Assembly: GCA_050287085.1 (NCBI GenBank) | Contig: JBNKBE010000018.1 | Location: 32,001 to 96,000, forward strand | Reading direction: 5' to 3' | Length of the DNA: 64,000 nucleotides | Source of the DNA: Polyangiaceae bacterium | GTDB lineage: Bacteria; Myxococcota_A; Polyangia; Polyangiales; Polyangiaceae | In this document: piece after piece, positions 21,016-30,648 of the stretch | Numbering within the stretch: the stretch's first letter is position 1 | How the letters are laid out: each line of letters starts with the position of its first letter | Notes under the pieces: model-generated | What the model was told of the DNA's origin: nothing | Databases searched by the model: none | Seen by the model: the letters and a program-made list of their open reading frames with translations, nothing else | Position numbers and translations under genes: made by a program

Positions 21016-22197
21016 TTAGCGATTGTTGAATATCTCAACAATTCCGCAAATTTTGCCACTTGCATCAAGAACGACCAGTGCACTGAGCTTCAGCCGTAGC
21101 ATACGCTCCTCAGCTTCTGCCAACATTGCGTCGTCCTGAATCGTAACGGGACGCCGGCTCATGATGCATTTGACCGGACGCTGCAACAGGTCCGGATACT
21201 TCTGCATACCACGCCGCAAGTCGCCATCGGTCACGATCCCGAGCAGCTGTCCCACATCGTCCCGCACGATCAGCAGGCCTCTTTGGCCCTGGGTCATGAC
21301 TAGAAGCGCTTCTCCCAGGCCGCACTCGGGGCCAACAACGGGCAGCGGCTCGCGATGCATCGCGTCTCGAACTCGAGTCAGCAAGCGCCGACCGAGCGAG
21401 CCGCCCGGATGAAAACGAGCAAAGTCCCGGGGCTTGAAGTCCCGAGCGCGCATCAAAGCCACCGCCAAAGCATCCCCCATCGCCAGCGTCGCCAGTGTGG
21501 AATTGGTGGGTGCCAGGTTGTGGGGACAGGCTTCGCGCTCGACCGACACGTCCAAGGTCACGCTGGAAACCCGACCGAGCGACGAGCTCTCGTGGCCCAT
21601 CAGCCCGACTATTGGCACGTCGAGCTGCCGGAGGTGGGGGGCTAGCCGCGTCACTTCGTCCGTCTCTCCGCTGTAGGAGATCAACATGGCAACATCGCCA
21701 GGCGTGACCATACCCAAGTCCCCGTGAAGCGCATCCGCTGGGTGAATGAAGAAAGCTGGCGTGCCCGTGGACGCGAGCGTCGCGGCGATCTTCTGGGCGA
21801 TGAGCCCTGACTTACCCATCCCCGAGACCACAACGTGCCCCCGGCACGAAAGCATGAGTTCAACAGCCTCCGTGAAGTTGCCGTTGATGCGATCAGCCAG
21901 TGCGCTCACGGCGCGCGCTTGAGAAAGGACAACCTCTTTGGCGTCTGCAACGAGTTTTGCGGGGCTATGTCCCAAACGTTCCAACTCCTGATAACGACGC
22001 CGCGACGGCGGATTACTGGTGGGCAGCTCAATAGGGGGAGCGATCCGATGTTGCCCCGACTCACCCTCATCGCGGCGAACCGGGCGTATGTCAGAGGCTA
22101 CGCCAGCCCTGGCGGAAACAGCCTCACCTGAGTAGGGGTCCTCAGAGAGGGACTCTCGCCCCAGCGAATTCACGTCGCAGTTTTGATAGTTAAGCAT
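21016..22197 (-). CDS. kpsF: Arabinose-5-phosphate isomerase KpsF/KdsD (SIS plus 2 CBS)
   Basis: GMGKSG, ASTGTP, HGDLG, SYSGET, APTNST, FHPGGSLG, TDGDLRR; ATG 22197 preceded by GGGAGA. Confidence 0.92.
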   Translation of the reverse strand: MLNYQNCDVNSLGRESLSEDPYSGEAVSARAGVASDIRPVRRDEGESGQHRIAPPIELPTSNPPSRRRYQELERLGHSPAKLVADAKEVVLSQARAVSALADRINGNFTEAVELMLSCRGHVVVSGMGKSGLIAQKIAATLASTGTPAFFIHPADALHGDLGMVTPGDVAMLISYSGETDEVTRLAPHLRQLDVPIVGLMGHESSSLGRVSSVTLDVSVEREACPHNLAPTNSTLATLAMGDALAVALMRARDFKPRDFARFHPGGSLGRRLLTRVRDAMHREPLPVVGPECGLGEALLVMTQGQRGLLIVRDDVGQLLGIVTDGDLRRGMQKYPDLLQRPVKCIMSRRPVTIQDDAMLAEAEERMLRLKLSALVVLDASGKICGIVEIFNNR

Positions 22198-22374
22198 AAG
22201 TTTCTCCCAAGTTGGACCCCTGGAGAAGGGACCCGATAAGCGGCTATTCGCCGAAAAGAAGGACCTGTTTGACCGGCCCGCATCTCTTTGGTTGGCTTTC
22301 GACCAACCGCTGAGTTGGCCCTTTGACCCAGAGCCCTGCAACCCAACTCGCGCTGGCGCCCTATCAATTGCGGG

Positions 22375-22390
22375 TGCCACCGTTGTGCCG
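22375..22390 (-). promoter_or_regulatory. Candidate sigma54 (-24/-12) promoter of the kps operon
   Basis: Minus strand CGGCACAACGGTGGCA, i.e. GG-N10-GC, close to TGGCAC-N5-TTGCW; about 180 bp upstream of kpsF. Confidence 0.35.
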
Positions 22391-22992
22391 CTTGGCTCCG
22401 CAGCCCTGAGCGGCTGTGTCGTACTGATCGGCTCTGCAACCGCTCAGCAAAACCCGAAGAAGATGTAATGCGAAAGGGGACAGCCCCAAGATAGGATGGT
22501 GGGTAAGAACCCGCCGCTGACGAAACGCACCGAAGTTCATGCCCCGGTAGTGCAATGTCACAAGTACGCGCCGAGTAGGTGTCGGATCTTAACTTTGAGC
22601 AAGCTCTTGTCAACTTCACGCACTGTGTCACCACGGTAATTCCGACGTCGATAGAACCGGCGCGGCGGCACGGGGCAACCTGGGGGTCAGTCTGATAGAA
22701 GTCGGACATCGGAGTCATACTCGGTGCAGGAGTTTGCGGGCCCAGGCTAACAGCCGCTCCCTTCGCGCCGCTGTCGCGCTCCATCCCCTGGCATCACCAA
22801 GGCTGCTAAGCACACTCAGTGCCAGCAGCGTGATCAGCGACCACCAGCTCATCGGTCGAAAAAAAGCGCGCTTCTGGCTCCGACGTGACTGGAAGATGAG
22901 CTTCGTCGGCCGGCCCAACAAGCGAACGACTGTGACACCTTGATCATACTCGGGAAGACCACGCGCCTCTGCCGCGAGTCCCCCTCCACACG

Positions 22993-23041
22993 ACGTCAGG
23001 CGTCTGACATTTGAGCTCGTCGGGCGTCAGACACCTGACGT
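22993..23041. promoter_or_regulatory. Pair of GTCAG-N4-CTGAC palindromes that together form a 16-bp inverted repeat
   Basis: ACGTCAGGCGTCTGAC (22993-23008) and GTCAGACACCTGACGT (23026-23041). Confidence 0.5.
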
Positions 23042-23221
23042 GGCTTAACTAGCTCTACGCGTCTTCGAGGCGAACTTCGGCGCTGTCTTGCCTTCATTGA
23101 ATGGACACTTCCTACCCGCAACGACATAGAGTGAGGTTGCTCAGACGCATCTGAGCACGTTCACCATTTTCCCAGCCCTCGTGGGTCGCGCTCACGGGAG
23201 GAAAGAAGGCGCATTACCCCA

Positions 23222-24202
23222 GTGAAGATACTGTTCATCGGCGGCACCGGCATCATCAGCTCGGCCTGCTCGCGAGAAGCGATCGAGCGCGGCCACGACG
23301 TCTACCTACTATGTCGAGGGACGTCACCGCGCCCTGCGCCGGAGGGTGCAACGCTGCTGCGCGCGGATATCCGTGACGTCCAGAGCGCAAAGCGCGCCCT
23401 TGGCACTCTGACTTTCGACTGCGTCGCGCAGTTCATGGCATTCGAGCCAAGTCACGTGCGCGCTGACATCCAGCTATTTGCGAATCGCACGGCTCAATAC
23501 ATCTTCGTCAGCTCCGCCTCGGCATATAAGAAGCCCGTTGATCATTGGCCCATCACCGAGAGCACGCCTCTGAACAATCCCTTCTGGTCGTACTCCCAGA
23601 ACAAGATTGCATGCGAGATGGAGCTGATGGCTCAGTATAGGCGCGACGGGTTTCCGGTAACTCTGGTCCGACCGTCTCATACCTACGACAAGACGCTTCT
23701 CCCTTTCGATCCGTACCAAGCGGGCTACACCGTTCTTCATCGTATGCAACAAGGCAAGCCGGTCGTCGTTCACGGCGATGGGACCAGTCTTTGGGTGTTA
23801 ACCCACAATGAAGACTTTGCGCGTGGATTCATGGGGCTCGTGGGGAACCCCAAGGCCAAAGGGGAAGCGTTCCACATCACGAGCGACGAAGTGCTAACCT
23901 GGAATCAGATCTACCAGTATATCGCTGCCGCGGCCGGCGTGGAGGCAAAACTGGTTCACGTACCTTCGGAAGTCATCGCGCGACATCATCCCGAGTGGGG
24001 AGCCGCCTTGTTGGGAGACAAGGCGCACAGTGTGTTCTTCGACAATACGAAACTCAAACGCCTCGTACCGGACTACGTTGCCAGCATCCCTTTCATTCGT
24101 GGGGCAGAGCAGATCGTGGACTTCTACCAGACACACCCGTCGTTCGAACCCCTGCGCGAGGACGTAGATCGACTTATGGATCAGCTGACCCGGACAAAAT
24201 GA
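23222..24202 (+). CDS. NAD-dependent epimerase/dehydratase (extended SDR)
   Basis: IGGTGIIS, YIFVSSASAY, YSQNK (YxxxK), VRPSHTY. Confidence 0.9.
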   Translation: MKILFIGGTGIISSACSREAIERGHDVYLLCRGTSPRPAPEGATLLRADIRDVQSAKRALGTLTFDCVAQFMAFEPSHVRADIQLFANRTAQYIFVSSASAYKKPVDHWPITESTPLNNPFWSYSQNKIACEMELMAQYRRDGFPVTLVRPSHTYDKTLLPFDPYQAGYTVLHRMQQGKPVVVHGDGTSLWVLTHNEDFARGFMGLVGNPKAKGEAFHITSDEVLTWNQIYQYIAAAAGVEAKLVHVPSEVIARHHPEWGAALLGDKAHSVFFDNTKLKRLVPDYVASIPFIRGAEQIVDFYQTHPSFEPLREDVDRLMDQLTRTK

Positions 24203-24252
24203 AAACGGGCACCGCTCGCCAGAGCATTGCCCGTCTTCAATCACGTTGAGGT

Positions 24253-24750
24253 CTACTCTTCGTCGTCGTCGTCGCCCTCTTCTTCGTCTTCCTTCTCACT
24301 CCCCCACGCCTTGAGCACGGCCATATCTTGCTCGGAGAGCTTGGCCTCCATGTGCATCGGGTAGGTGTAGAACCACGGCGGCATCTCGCCCCCTTCAATC
24401 TGTTCCCAGGCCGTCTCGCGATTGAACTGCCGGTCGTCTTCATCTTCCGGCCATTCCGAGAAGTTGAAGGCCTTGCGCCCCTCAACGATGTCGCGCACCA
24501 CCAGCCAGGACATCGGCGCGACCTGCGAGTACCACGGAAAACGGATCTCGTCGGAGTGGCAATCAAAACACGCGCGCCGGAGTATCGCCGTTACGTCAGC
24601 TGGCTCGTCCCAGGTGACTTTGGCAGTGGGAATATCGAGCTTCCCCAGCGGGACGAACTGCAGCCCTACAAACACCACTGCAAAACCCGCTCCCACCTTG
24701 ATAGCTAAGTTCTTCCATTTGGCGGCCCCTGCAGTCTGCGCTTGGTTCAT
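24253..24750 (-). CDS. Haem-binding-domain c-type cytochrome
   Basis: ACFDCHS, PWYSQVAP.SW, NFSEW, EMPP; AAGGAG RBS before ATG 24750; TM anchor and acidic tail. Confidence 0.85.
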   Translation of the reverse strand: MNQAQTAGAAKWKNLAIKVGAGFAVVFVGLQFVPLGKLDIPTAKVTWDEPADVTAILRRACFDCHSDEIRFPWYSQVAPMSWLVVRDIVEGRKAFNFSEWPEDEDDRQFNRETAWEQIEGGEMPPWFYTYPMHMEAKLSEQDMAVLKAWGSEKEDEEEGDDDDEE

Positions 24751-25062
24751 CAGCTCTCTCCTTCTTGTAGCCTCTAGGCGTTCCGATAGGTCTTCTAGCG
24801 GCAGGGCTGCCGTTGGTGCAAGTGTGCGGAATCCTGCGCTGACTTCGGGCATGGCCCCATGCCCGGATCCGCCGGCATGGCGCGCATAGCGCTCCCGAGA
24901 GCGCATACTTTGCCGTCGCTTACGCGCCCAGCTCCCCAAGGGTTTCTGAGTTGGAGCGAAATTTCCGAAGGGGTGCGCTCGCAAGGCCCAGTGTGTGCTC
25001 CGGAAGAGGGCGCCCGACAGAAGCCTACATGTCACACCGTCAAAGTCCGCTAGCTTATCGGC

Positions 25063-26145
25063 ATGACGTGGTTCTCGACCCTTCGCATCGGTCTACTAGC
25101 CGGCAGTTTGCTGGGGCCGCCAGGGCTTGTCTTGGCCCAGGAAACCCACCGACTGCCCATGCCGAGCGGTACGCTCCCCTCCGATGAGGTGACGCTTGAG
25201 CTACCCGAGCCAGAGGGGGCTCGCCTGCATGCGGTCGTCCTAGCCGCTGATGATGCCCATCCGCGAGGACAGCTCTTGCTCGGGACCCAGCGTTCGAGCA
25301 GTGCTCCGCTGGTGTGGCATAGCCGCCACCAAGAACAGGAAGTGCAGACGCTCGAACTGTGCAGACAGGGTGATAGGCTCCAACTGCTCGGACGCACTGC
25401 CGATGGCCACGTTTTCGCGCGTGACTTCGTGCGAGAACGCTGGCTACCCGCCGAACCCCACATGTCCTGTCCGAAGCCAGCAAACCCACGCCCCTCAGCC
25501 GCCCGGCTAGGCGCCGCACAACGAAACCACTTCGCTCGCTGCAGGCGTCCACTGGCAGCCCTGGGACAGACGCTGCACGTTGCGGGCACGCTGGTCGATG
25601 GACGTATGGATACCCTGGTCGTAAGAGGCGAGAGACCAGATCCCGCGTTAACCCAAGAACTCAGAGGATACTCCGACTGCGCCAAGAATGCGTCGCGAAT
25701 GAGCCCCCAGCGCGGTCCATCCGGCGCATTCTTCGACGCGCTGCCTCCGCTTGTTCATGCGCCGCGACAAGTAAGGCTAGCGCTGGGGCAACACGGCAGC
25801 ACTCGCGTCGAGCTTCGTATTCCCGGCGCCGCAACCCAAGACGTCAAGCTGAGTGCCGAGACCTCCGTCCCCGGCGTGCTGGCAAGTGTTTCGGGGCGCG
25901 GGCCGACGCGTTATCTCCTCGTCAGTGCCCCTGCAAGCGGCGCAGATTTCGAAGGCACCATCATGCTTCATACCAATCTTCCGGCGGCGCCACTCGTTCC
26001 GATCCGAGTGATTGGCCAAACGTCGAAGGATTGGTTGGATACCTGGGGGAGAACTCCACTTGCGCCCCGAACCACAGCCGCATTCCGCCGGCCAACTCAA
26101 TCGCCGCACAGGACGGCAGCGCTCGACTCGCCGCCTCTCCGCTAA
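25063..26145 (+). CDS. Hypothetical exported protein
   Basis: 360-aa ORF with signal peptide (..VLA-QE); C-terminal beta-rich segment (GTIMLHTN...VPIRVIG). Confidence 0.55.
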   Translation: MTWFSTLRIGLLAGSLLGPPGLVLAQETHRLPMPSGTLPSDEVTLELPEPEGARLHAVVLAADDAHPRGQLLLGTQRSSSAPLVWHSRHQEQEVQTLELCRQGDRLQLLGRTADGHVFARDFVRERWLPAEPHMSCPKPANPRPSAARLGAAQRNHFARCRRPLAALGQTLHVAGTLVDGRMDTLVVRGERPDPALTQELRGYSDCAKNASRMSPQRGPSGAFFDALPPLVHAPRQVRLALGQHGSTRVELRIPGAATQDVKLSAETSVPGVLASVSGRGPTRYLLVSAPASGADFEGTIMLHTNLPAAPLVPIRVIGQTSKDWLDTWGRTPLAPRTTAAFRRPTQSPHRTAALDSPPLR

Positions 26146-26200
26146 GGGCACGCGATTCTCCCAATAGCCAACTCCCAATAGACAAGAAGAGTGCCGTAAC

Positions 26201-26794
26201 CTACTGGGCCACAATCGCCGCTTCCACCTCGGCACACAGCGCGTGGACGAGCATCAGGTGCCCTTCCTGAACGCGAGCTGGATCGCTGCTTGGGATGCAG
26301 AGCACCCGATCGCTGAGCTCTGCCATCGGCCCTGGCGTAGCGCCCAGAAAGCTCACTATCGTCAGGTCTCGCGTACGCGCCGCCTGACACGCAGAATGCA
26401 GGTTCGGCGATCGCCCCGAGGTACTGAACGCAACCAGGATATCCCCCGGCTGACCGAGAGCCTCAACCTGACGGGAGAAAACCGAATCGTAGCCGTAGTC
26501 GTTGGCTAACGCCGTAAGCACCGCACCATCCGCGCTCAGTGCCAGCGCTGGCAGCGCCGGACGCGGGACGGAACCGAAGCGTCCGACCCATTCCGCAGCA
26601 AGATGCTGAGCCTGAGATGCGCTTCCACCATTGCCAACGATCAATAGCTTGCGACCGGCCACAACGGCATCGCGCCAGCGCATTGCGACCCACGCGAAGT
26701 CCTCGGCAAAGCTTGTGTCGGCGGCCAAACGGGCCGTCATTTCCCGCCACGACTCGAGCGCTCGGTGCAAGGCTTGTTCCTCCGCGATAGGCAC
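26201..26794 (-). CDS. gmhA: Phosphoheptose isomerase (GmhA/DiaA SIS family)
   Basis: GNGGSA..AQHLAAE.VGRF, TALANDYGYDSVFSRQVEALG, STSGRSPN, RVQEGH. Confidence 0.85.
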   Translation of the reverse strand: MPIAEEQALHRALESWREMTARLAADTSFAEDFAWVAMRWRDAVVAGRKLLIVGNGGSASQAQHLAAEWVGRFGSVPRPALPALALSADGAVLTALANDYGYDSVFSRQVEALGQPGDILVAFSTSGRSPNLHSACQAARTRDLTIVSFLGATPGPMAELSDRVLCIPSSDPARVQEGHLMLVHALCAEVEAAIVAQ

Positions 26795-27092
26795 AGCCCA
26801 AGCCTAGCAGAACAAGCGTCTCCCTCGCGCGACTGAGTGGCTCAGAAGCACGCCCCTGTGCAATACCTGACCGTGGCGCCAGAGGGGCCCGCGGAGGGGA
26901 AAGTCAGCCGCGGGCCGGTCGAGACCGCCGCGAGGTGGGCGCGTGAGCAGCGACCGGTTCTGAGACCGAAGCGGTGGCTGTTTCTATCGCAGCGGCGGCT
27001 CCAGAAGCTAGAGCAGGCTCCAATTCAGCAGCGGGAGCGGCGCGCACACCGGACGCTCCATCAGACCCTGCAGCAGAAGTACGGGGAAGACC

Positions 27093-29453
27093 CTAGCCGG
27101 TGCTTCGCAGCTGATCGTCACTCTTCAGCGATGGCTCTAGGGCGGTGGCCAGCACCTCGTCGATATGCTCAACCAAATGAAAGCGTAGGGCGTCGCGAAC
27201 TTCAGCCGGCAGCTCATCGAGATCGTTCTCGTTGCGCCGAGGGACGATGACATCTGTGAGCCCGGCGCGATGGGCGGCCAACACCTTGTGCTTGATGCCA
27301 CCGACCGGAAGCACCTGCCCCAACAGCGTGACCTCGCCTGTCATGCCGACCGTCGCACGGACCGCGCGCTTCGTCAGCAGGCTCACGAGAGCCGTCACCA
27401 GCGTAATGCCTGCCGACGGACCGTCTTTGGGTGTAGCTCCGGCGGGGACGTGTAGATGAAAACGTCCCCCGCCGAACCGCGCCTGGGGAATGCCGAGGTC
27501 CTCACTATGAGCCCCCACGTACGACAACGCAATCCGCGCCGACTCCTGCATGACCTCACCCAGCTGCCCGGTGAGCACCAACGATGCAGCTCCGTCAGCG
27601 TCCTCCTTGCCCATACGCGACGCCTCCACGAACAGTACCTCCCCACCGGCACCCGTCACAGAAAGTCCTGTCGCCACACCGGGCTGAGCGGTACGCATAG
27701 CGCTCTCGTGATGGACTTTGGCGGGCCCGAGCGCGCGGCGCAGCTCCGCTTCGTCCAACTGAATCGGTACGGCGACAGATCTTGCGGCGATGCGTCCCGA
27801 CTGCTTGCGCATCAGCTTACCGATCTGACGTTCGAGCCCGCGTACTCCTGCCTCGCGCGTGTAGTCACGAATGAGCAAAGCAAGGGTTTCTGAAGGCACA
27901 ACAACGTCGTCCTCCATGAGGCCCGCAATGTGTCGCTGGCGCGGCAACAAGTGATCGCGCGCGATCGCAACCTTCTCGGATTCCGTGTAGCCTTCGAGAG
28001 ATAGAATCTCCATCCGATCTCGCAGAGCTGGTGGAATAGTATCTAGGACATTTGCGGTACAGATGAACACCACTTCCGACAGATCGAGCGGCACCTCCAA
28101 GTAGTGGTCCTTGAAAGCGTGGTTCTGCGCTGGGTCGAGAACCTCTAGCAGGGCGGCCGCAGGGTCGCCGCGCCAGTCGGCTCCGACCTTGTCGATTTCA
28201 TCCAACATGAATACTGGATTCATGCTGCCCGCTTCCTTGAGGCCCCGCACCAAGCGACCGGGCATCGCCCCAACGTAGGTACGACGGTGTCCGCGAATCT
28301 CCGCTTCGTCCCGCACGCCCCCCAGCGCGACGCGTGCAAAACGCCTTCCTAGCGCTCTTGCAATCGATTCACCCAGGCTCGTCTTTCCGACGCCTGGTGG
28401 CCCAACGAGGGTCAGTATGGCGCCCGCGCCGCGTCCTCGAGGCGCCTCGATACCTCGCTCTTGTCGGAGCTTCAGCACCGATAGATGCTCCATGATACGC
28501 TCCTTGACGTCGACAAGACCGCTGTGATCTTCGTCCAGAATGCGTTGGGCACGTTCGAGATCCACCTCAGCGGCGGCACGTTCACCCCAGGGGAGATCCA
28601 GAATCCAGTCTAGATAGTTGCGCAAGTACGCGTGCTCCCCGCTCTGTTCGCTGGTTCGCTCGAAGCGACGCAACTCCCGCTCGACTTGCTTCCGGACGTC
28701 CTCTGGAAGCTCTGCAGCAGCTATTCGCTTCTTGTAGCCGTCGACCAGAGATTCATCGTCGGAAACCTCACCCAGCTCCTTCTGGATGGTTTCCAACTGC
28801 TTGCGCAGTATGAACTCGCGCTGAGCCTTTCCCATATCCTCCGCAACGTCGCTGCGGATCTTGTGTTTGACCTCCACTTCAGTTGCGACCTTCTCGCATA
28901 GGGCATGAGCCAGTCGCAGACGTTCTTCCACGTCCAGCGCTTCGAGAAGCTGCAGCCGTTCTCGCACTTCGAGTTCCGGTAGATACCCGACCAGGTCCGC
29001 GAGACGCCCAGGCGCCAAGACGTCGGAGAGCGCTTCAGCCAATGGCGGCATACTACGACGTTCAAGTATGCTTTCCAGCATGCGGCGTAGGTCTTGCGCC
29101 AGGTCGAGTGCGGTGCGCGTGCTTACGTCGCTGTCAGGCTTCAGTCTCGCCTCGACCCACAAGGCGTCACCTGTTCCCGATACGCCCATTCCGATGGCAG
29201 CACGCTCTTCGACGTCCACGATCACTACGTCTGTGCCACCCGCCGTGCGGGCGCGCCCAGCAACACGCGCTACGGTCCCGATGGCCGAGTACTTGTTGTC
29301 GGGACGAGGAACGGCAACGAACCTTCCTTGGGCGTGTTCAGCGGCAAGCACGACAGCCTGCGCCTCGGGAGTTTCCAAGATCAGCGGGACACGAAGCCCC
29401 GGGAGCAGAACATTGGTCCCGAGCTGCAACATGGGAAAGAATTGCTCGTTCAT
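27093..29453 (-). CDS. lon: ATP-dependent protease La
   Basis: GPPGVGKTS, DEAEIRGHRRTYVGAMPG, LDEIDK, PKDGPSAG (catalytic Ser), GGIKHK. Confidence 0.97.
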   Translation of the reverse strand: MNEQFFPMLQLGTNVLLPGLRVPLILETPEAQAVVLAAEHAQGRFVAVPRPDNKYSAIGTVARVAGRARTAGGTDVVIVDVEERAAIGMGVSGTGDALWVEARLKPDSDVSTRTALDLAQDLRRMLESILERRSMPPLAEALSDVLAPGRLADLVGYLPELEVRERLQLLEALDVEERLRLAHALCEKVATEVEVKHKIRSDVAEDMGKAQREFILRKQLETIQKELGEVSDDESLVDGYKKRIAAAELPEDVRKQVERELRRFERTSEQSGEHAYLRNYLDWILDLPWGERAAAEVDLERAQRILDEDHSGLVDVKERIMEHLSVLKLRQERGIEAPRGRGAGAILTLVGPPGVGKTSLGESIARALGRRFARVALGGVRDEAEIRGHRRTYVGAMPGRLVRGLKEAGSMNPVFMLDEIDKVGADWRGDPAAALLEVLDPAQNHAFKDHYLEVPLDLSEVVFICTANVLDTIPPALRDRMEILSLEGYTESEKVAIARDHLLPRQRHIAGLMEDDVVVPSETLALLIRDYTREAGVRGLERQIGKLMRKQSGRIAARSVAVPIQLDEAELRRALGPAKVHHESAMRTAQPGVATGLSVTGAGGEVLFVEASRMGKEDADGAASLVLTGQLGEVMQESARIALSYVGAHSEDLGIPQARFGGGRFHLHVPAGATPKDGPSAGITLVTALVSLLTKRAVRATVGMTGEVTLLGQVLPVGGIKHKVLAAHRAGLTDVIVPRRNENDLDELPAEVRDALRFHLVEHIDEVLATALEPSLKSDDQLRSTG

Positions 29454-29813
29454 GTGCTTCGCAAGGTGGATCCGCGTTTGGAGTTCGCAACCGGCGGAGC
29501 GCAGTTTTTCTCAGCGCCCCTGCCGCTGCACAAAGACGCCCTCACCCGCTTGACACCGCCCAGACCGTGGCTAGATGTCGACATTCCAACTGCAGCACAA
29601 GGTGCTTTCAGGTTGGGCTCAATCGTCTGGCCCAGGAGCGACACTCGCCAGAGCAGTGGAGTGGCTTACCGTGGTCCGGCGCGACTGGGGCGTGGAGCTC
29701 ACCCATCAGACCCTCGACGTAGCCTTCGAGGAAGACGCTCGCCCGTGGATTCGATACAGCCCACGCAGCCTGTCCTCGACACGACCTCGCGGGAAGACTA
29801 GACCAACGCAGTT

Positions 29814-30617
29814 ATGGGCTGGTTCGATGTCCACGCACACCTCACACACGAGCGCTTCGACGCTCAACTCGAAGCCACGCTAGAGCGCGCGAGAACGTGC
29901 GGGCTCACCAGCATCATCACCAACGGGCTCAACCCAAGCGACAACGACGCGGTGAGCGCCCTGGCCGGGGAGCATCCCCTGGTTCGGCCGGCATATGGCT
30001 TCTACCCGGTAGACGCGGTGCTCGCGGACATGCTGGCGGCGGGAGAGGAATACCCCGCAACGCGACCGCCTTGTACCGCTGAAGAAGGGGTGCGCTCGGT
30101 GCGAGAGCACGTCGAGGACGCCTTCGCCGTCGGCGAAATCGGCCTGGACGGCTATTGGGTGAAAGAACGGCATTGGGGCAAGCAGGAGGACGTCTTCCGC
30201 GAGCTGGTGGAGCTCGCGATGCAAGCGCAGAAGCCAATCATCATCCACACTCGCAAACGTGAAAGGCGCACCCTAGAAGTGCTAGATGAGCTGGGAGCCC
30301 AACGGGTCAACTGGCATTGTTTCGGAGGGCGCGTCTCGCTCGCCCGTGAGATCGCAAGTCGCGGGCACTTTCTTTCGATCCCAGCAAACGCCCGACGAAG
30401 TCAGAGTTTCACGCGCATACTCGAAACCGTAGACCGCCGTCAGCTGCTCTTGGAGACTGATTGCCCCTATCTGGGGCCCACTCCCGGAAGTATCAACGAA
30501 CCCGCAAACGTCCTCGTCACGGCCGAATATATCGCTGAGCTATGGCACATGACGCTCAGCGATGTGGAAGCACAGCTGTGCGAAAACTACGAGCGACTCT
30601 TCGGCTCGCCGCCATGA
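29814..30617 (+). CDS. tatD: TatD family hydrolase
   Basis: DVHAHL, VGEIGLD, IIHTR, WHCF, LLETDCPYL. Confidence 0.9.
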   Translation: MGWFDVHAHLTHERFDAQLEATLERARTCGLTSIITNGLNPSDNDAVSALAGEHPLVRPAYGFYPVDAVLADMLAAGEEYPATRPPCTAEEGVRSVREHVEDAFAVGEIGLDGYWVKERHWGKQEDVFRELVELAMQAQKPIIIHTRKRERRTLEVLDELGAQRVNWHCFGGRVSLAREIASRGHFLSIPANARRSQSFTRILETVDRRQLLLETDCPYLGPTPGSINEPANVLVTAEYIAELWHMTLSDVEAQLCENYERLFGSPP

Positions 30618-30648
30618 CGCTGCCCTTGGTGGCCGGCGCTGCTGCCCA

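Noticed and set aside
22715..22921. Small hydrophobic minus-strand ORF (also the 22170-22784 ORF)
   Set aside because: No convincing RBS or recognisable motifs; cannot be supported, though a small protein is not excluded.
22198..23221. ops/JUMPstart element or a known riboswitch/ribozyme upstream of kps
   Set aside because: No GGCGGTAG on the minus strand; CTGACGA...GAAA-like fragments lack the required stems.
26837..27250. 137-aa plus-strand ORF and GC hairpin at 26886-26916 between lon and gmhA
   Set aside because: The ORF overlaps lon antisense without motifs; the hairpin lacks a clear U-tract.
29640..29668. CIRCE-like CACTC...GAGTG upstream of lon
   Set aside because: The spacer is 12 nt rather than 9 and the outer TTAG/CTAA arms are missing.
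29575..29883. 102-aa ORF upstream of tatD
   Set aside because: Overlaps tatD by 70 bp, has no RBS or motifs, and sits under a possible TTGACA promoter at 29550.
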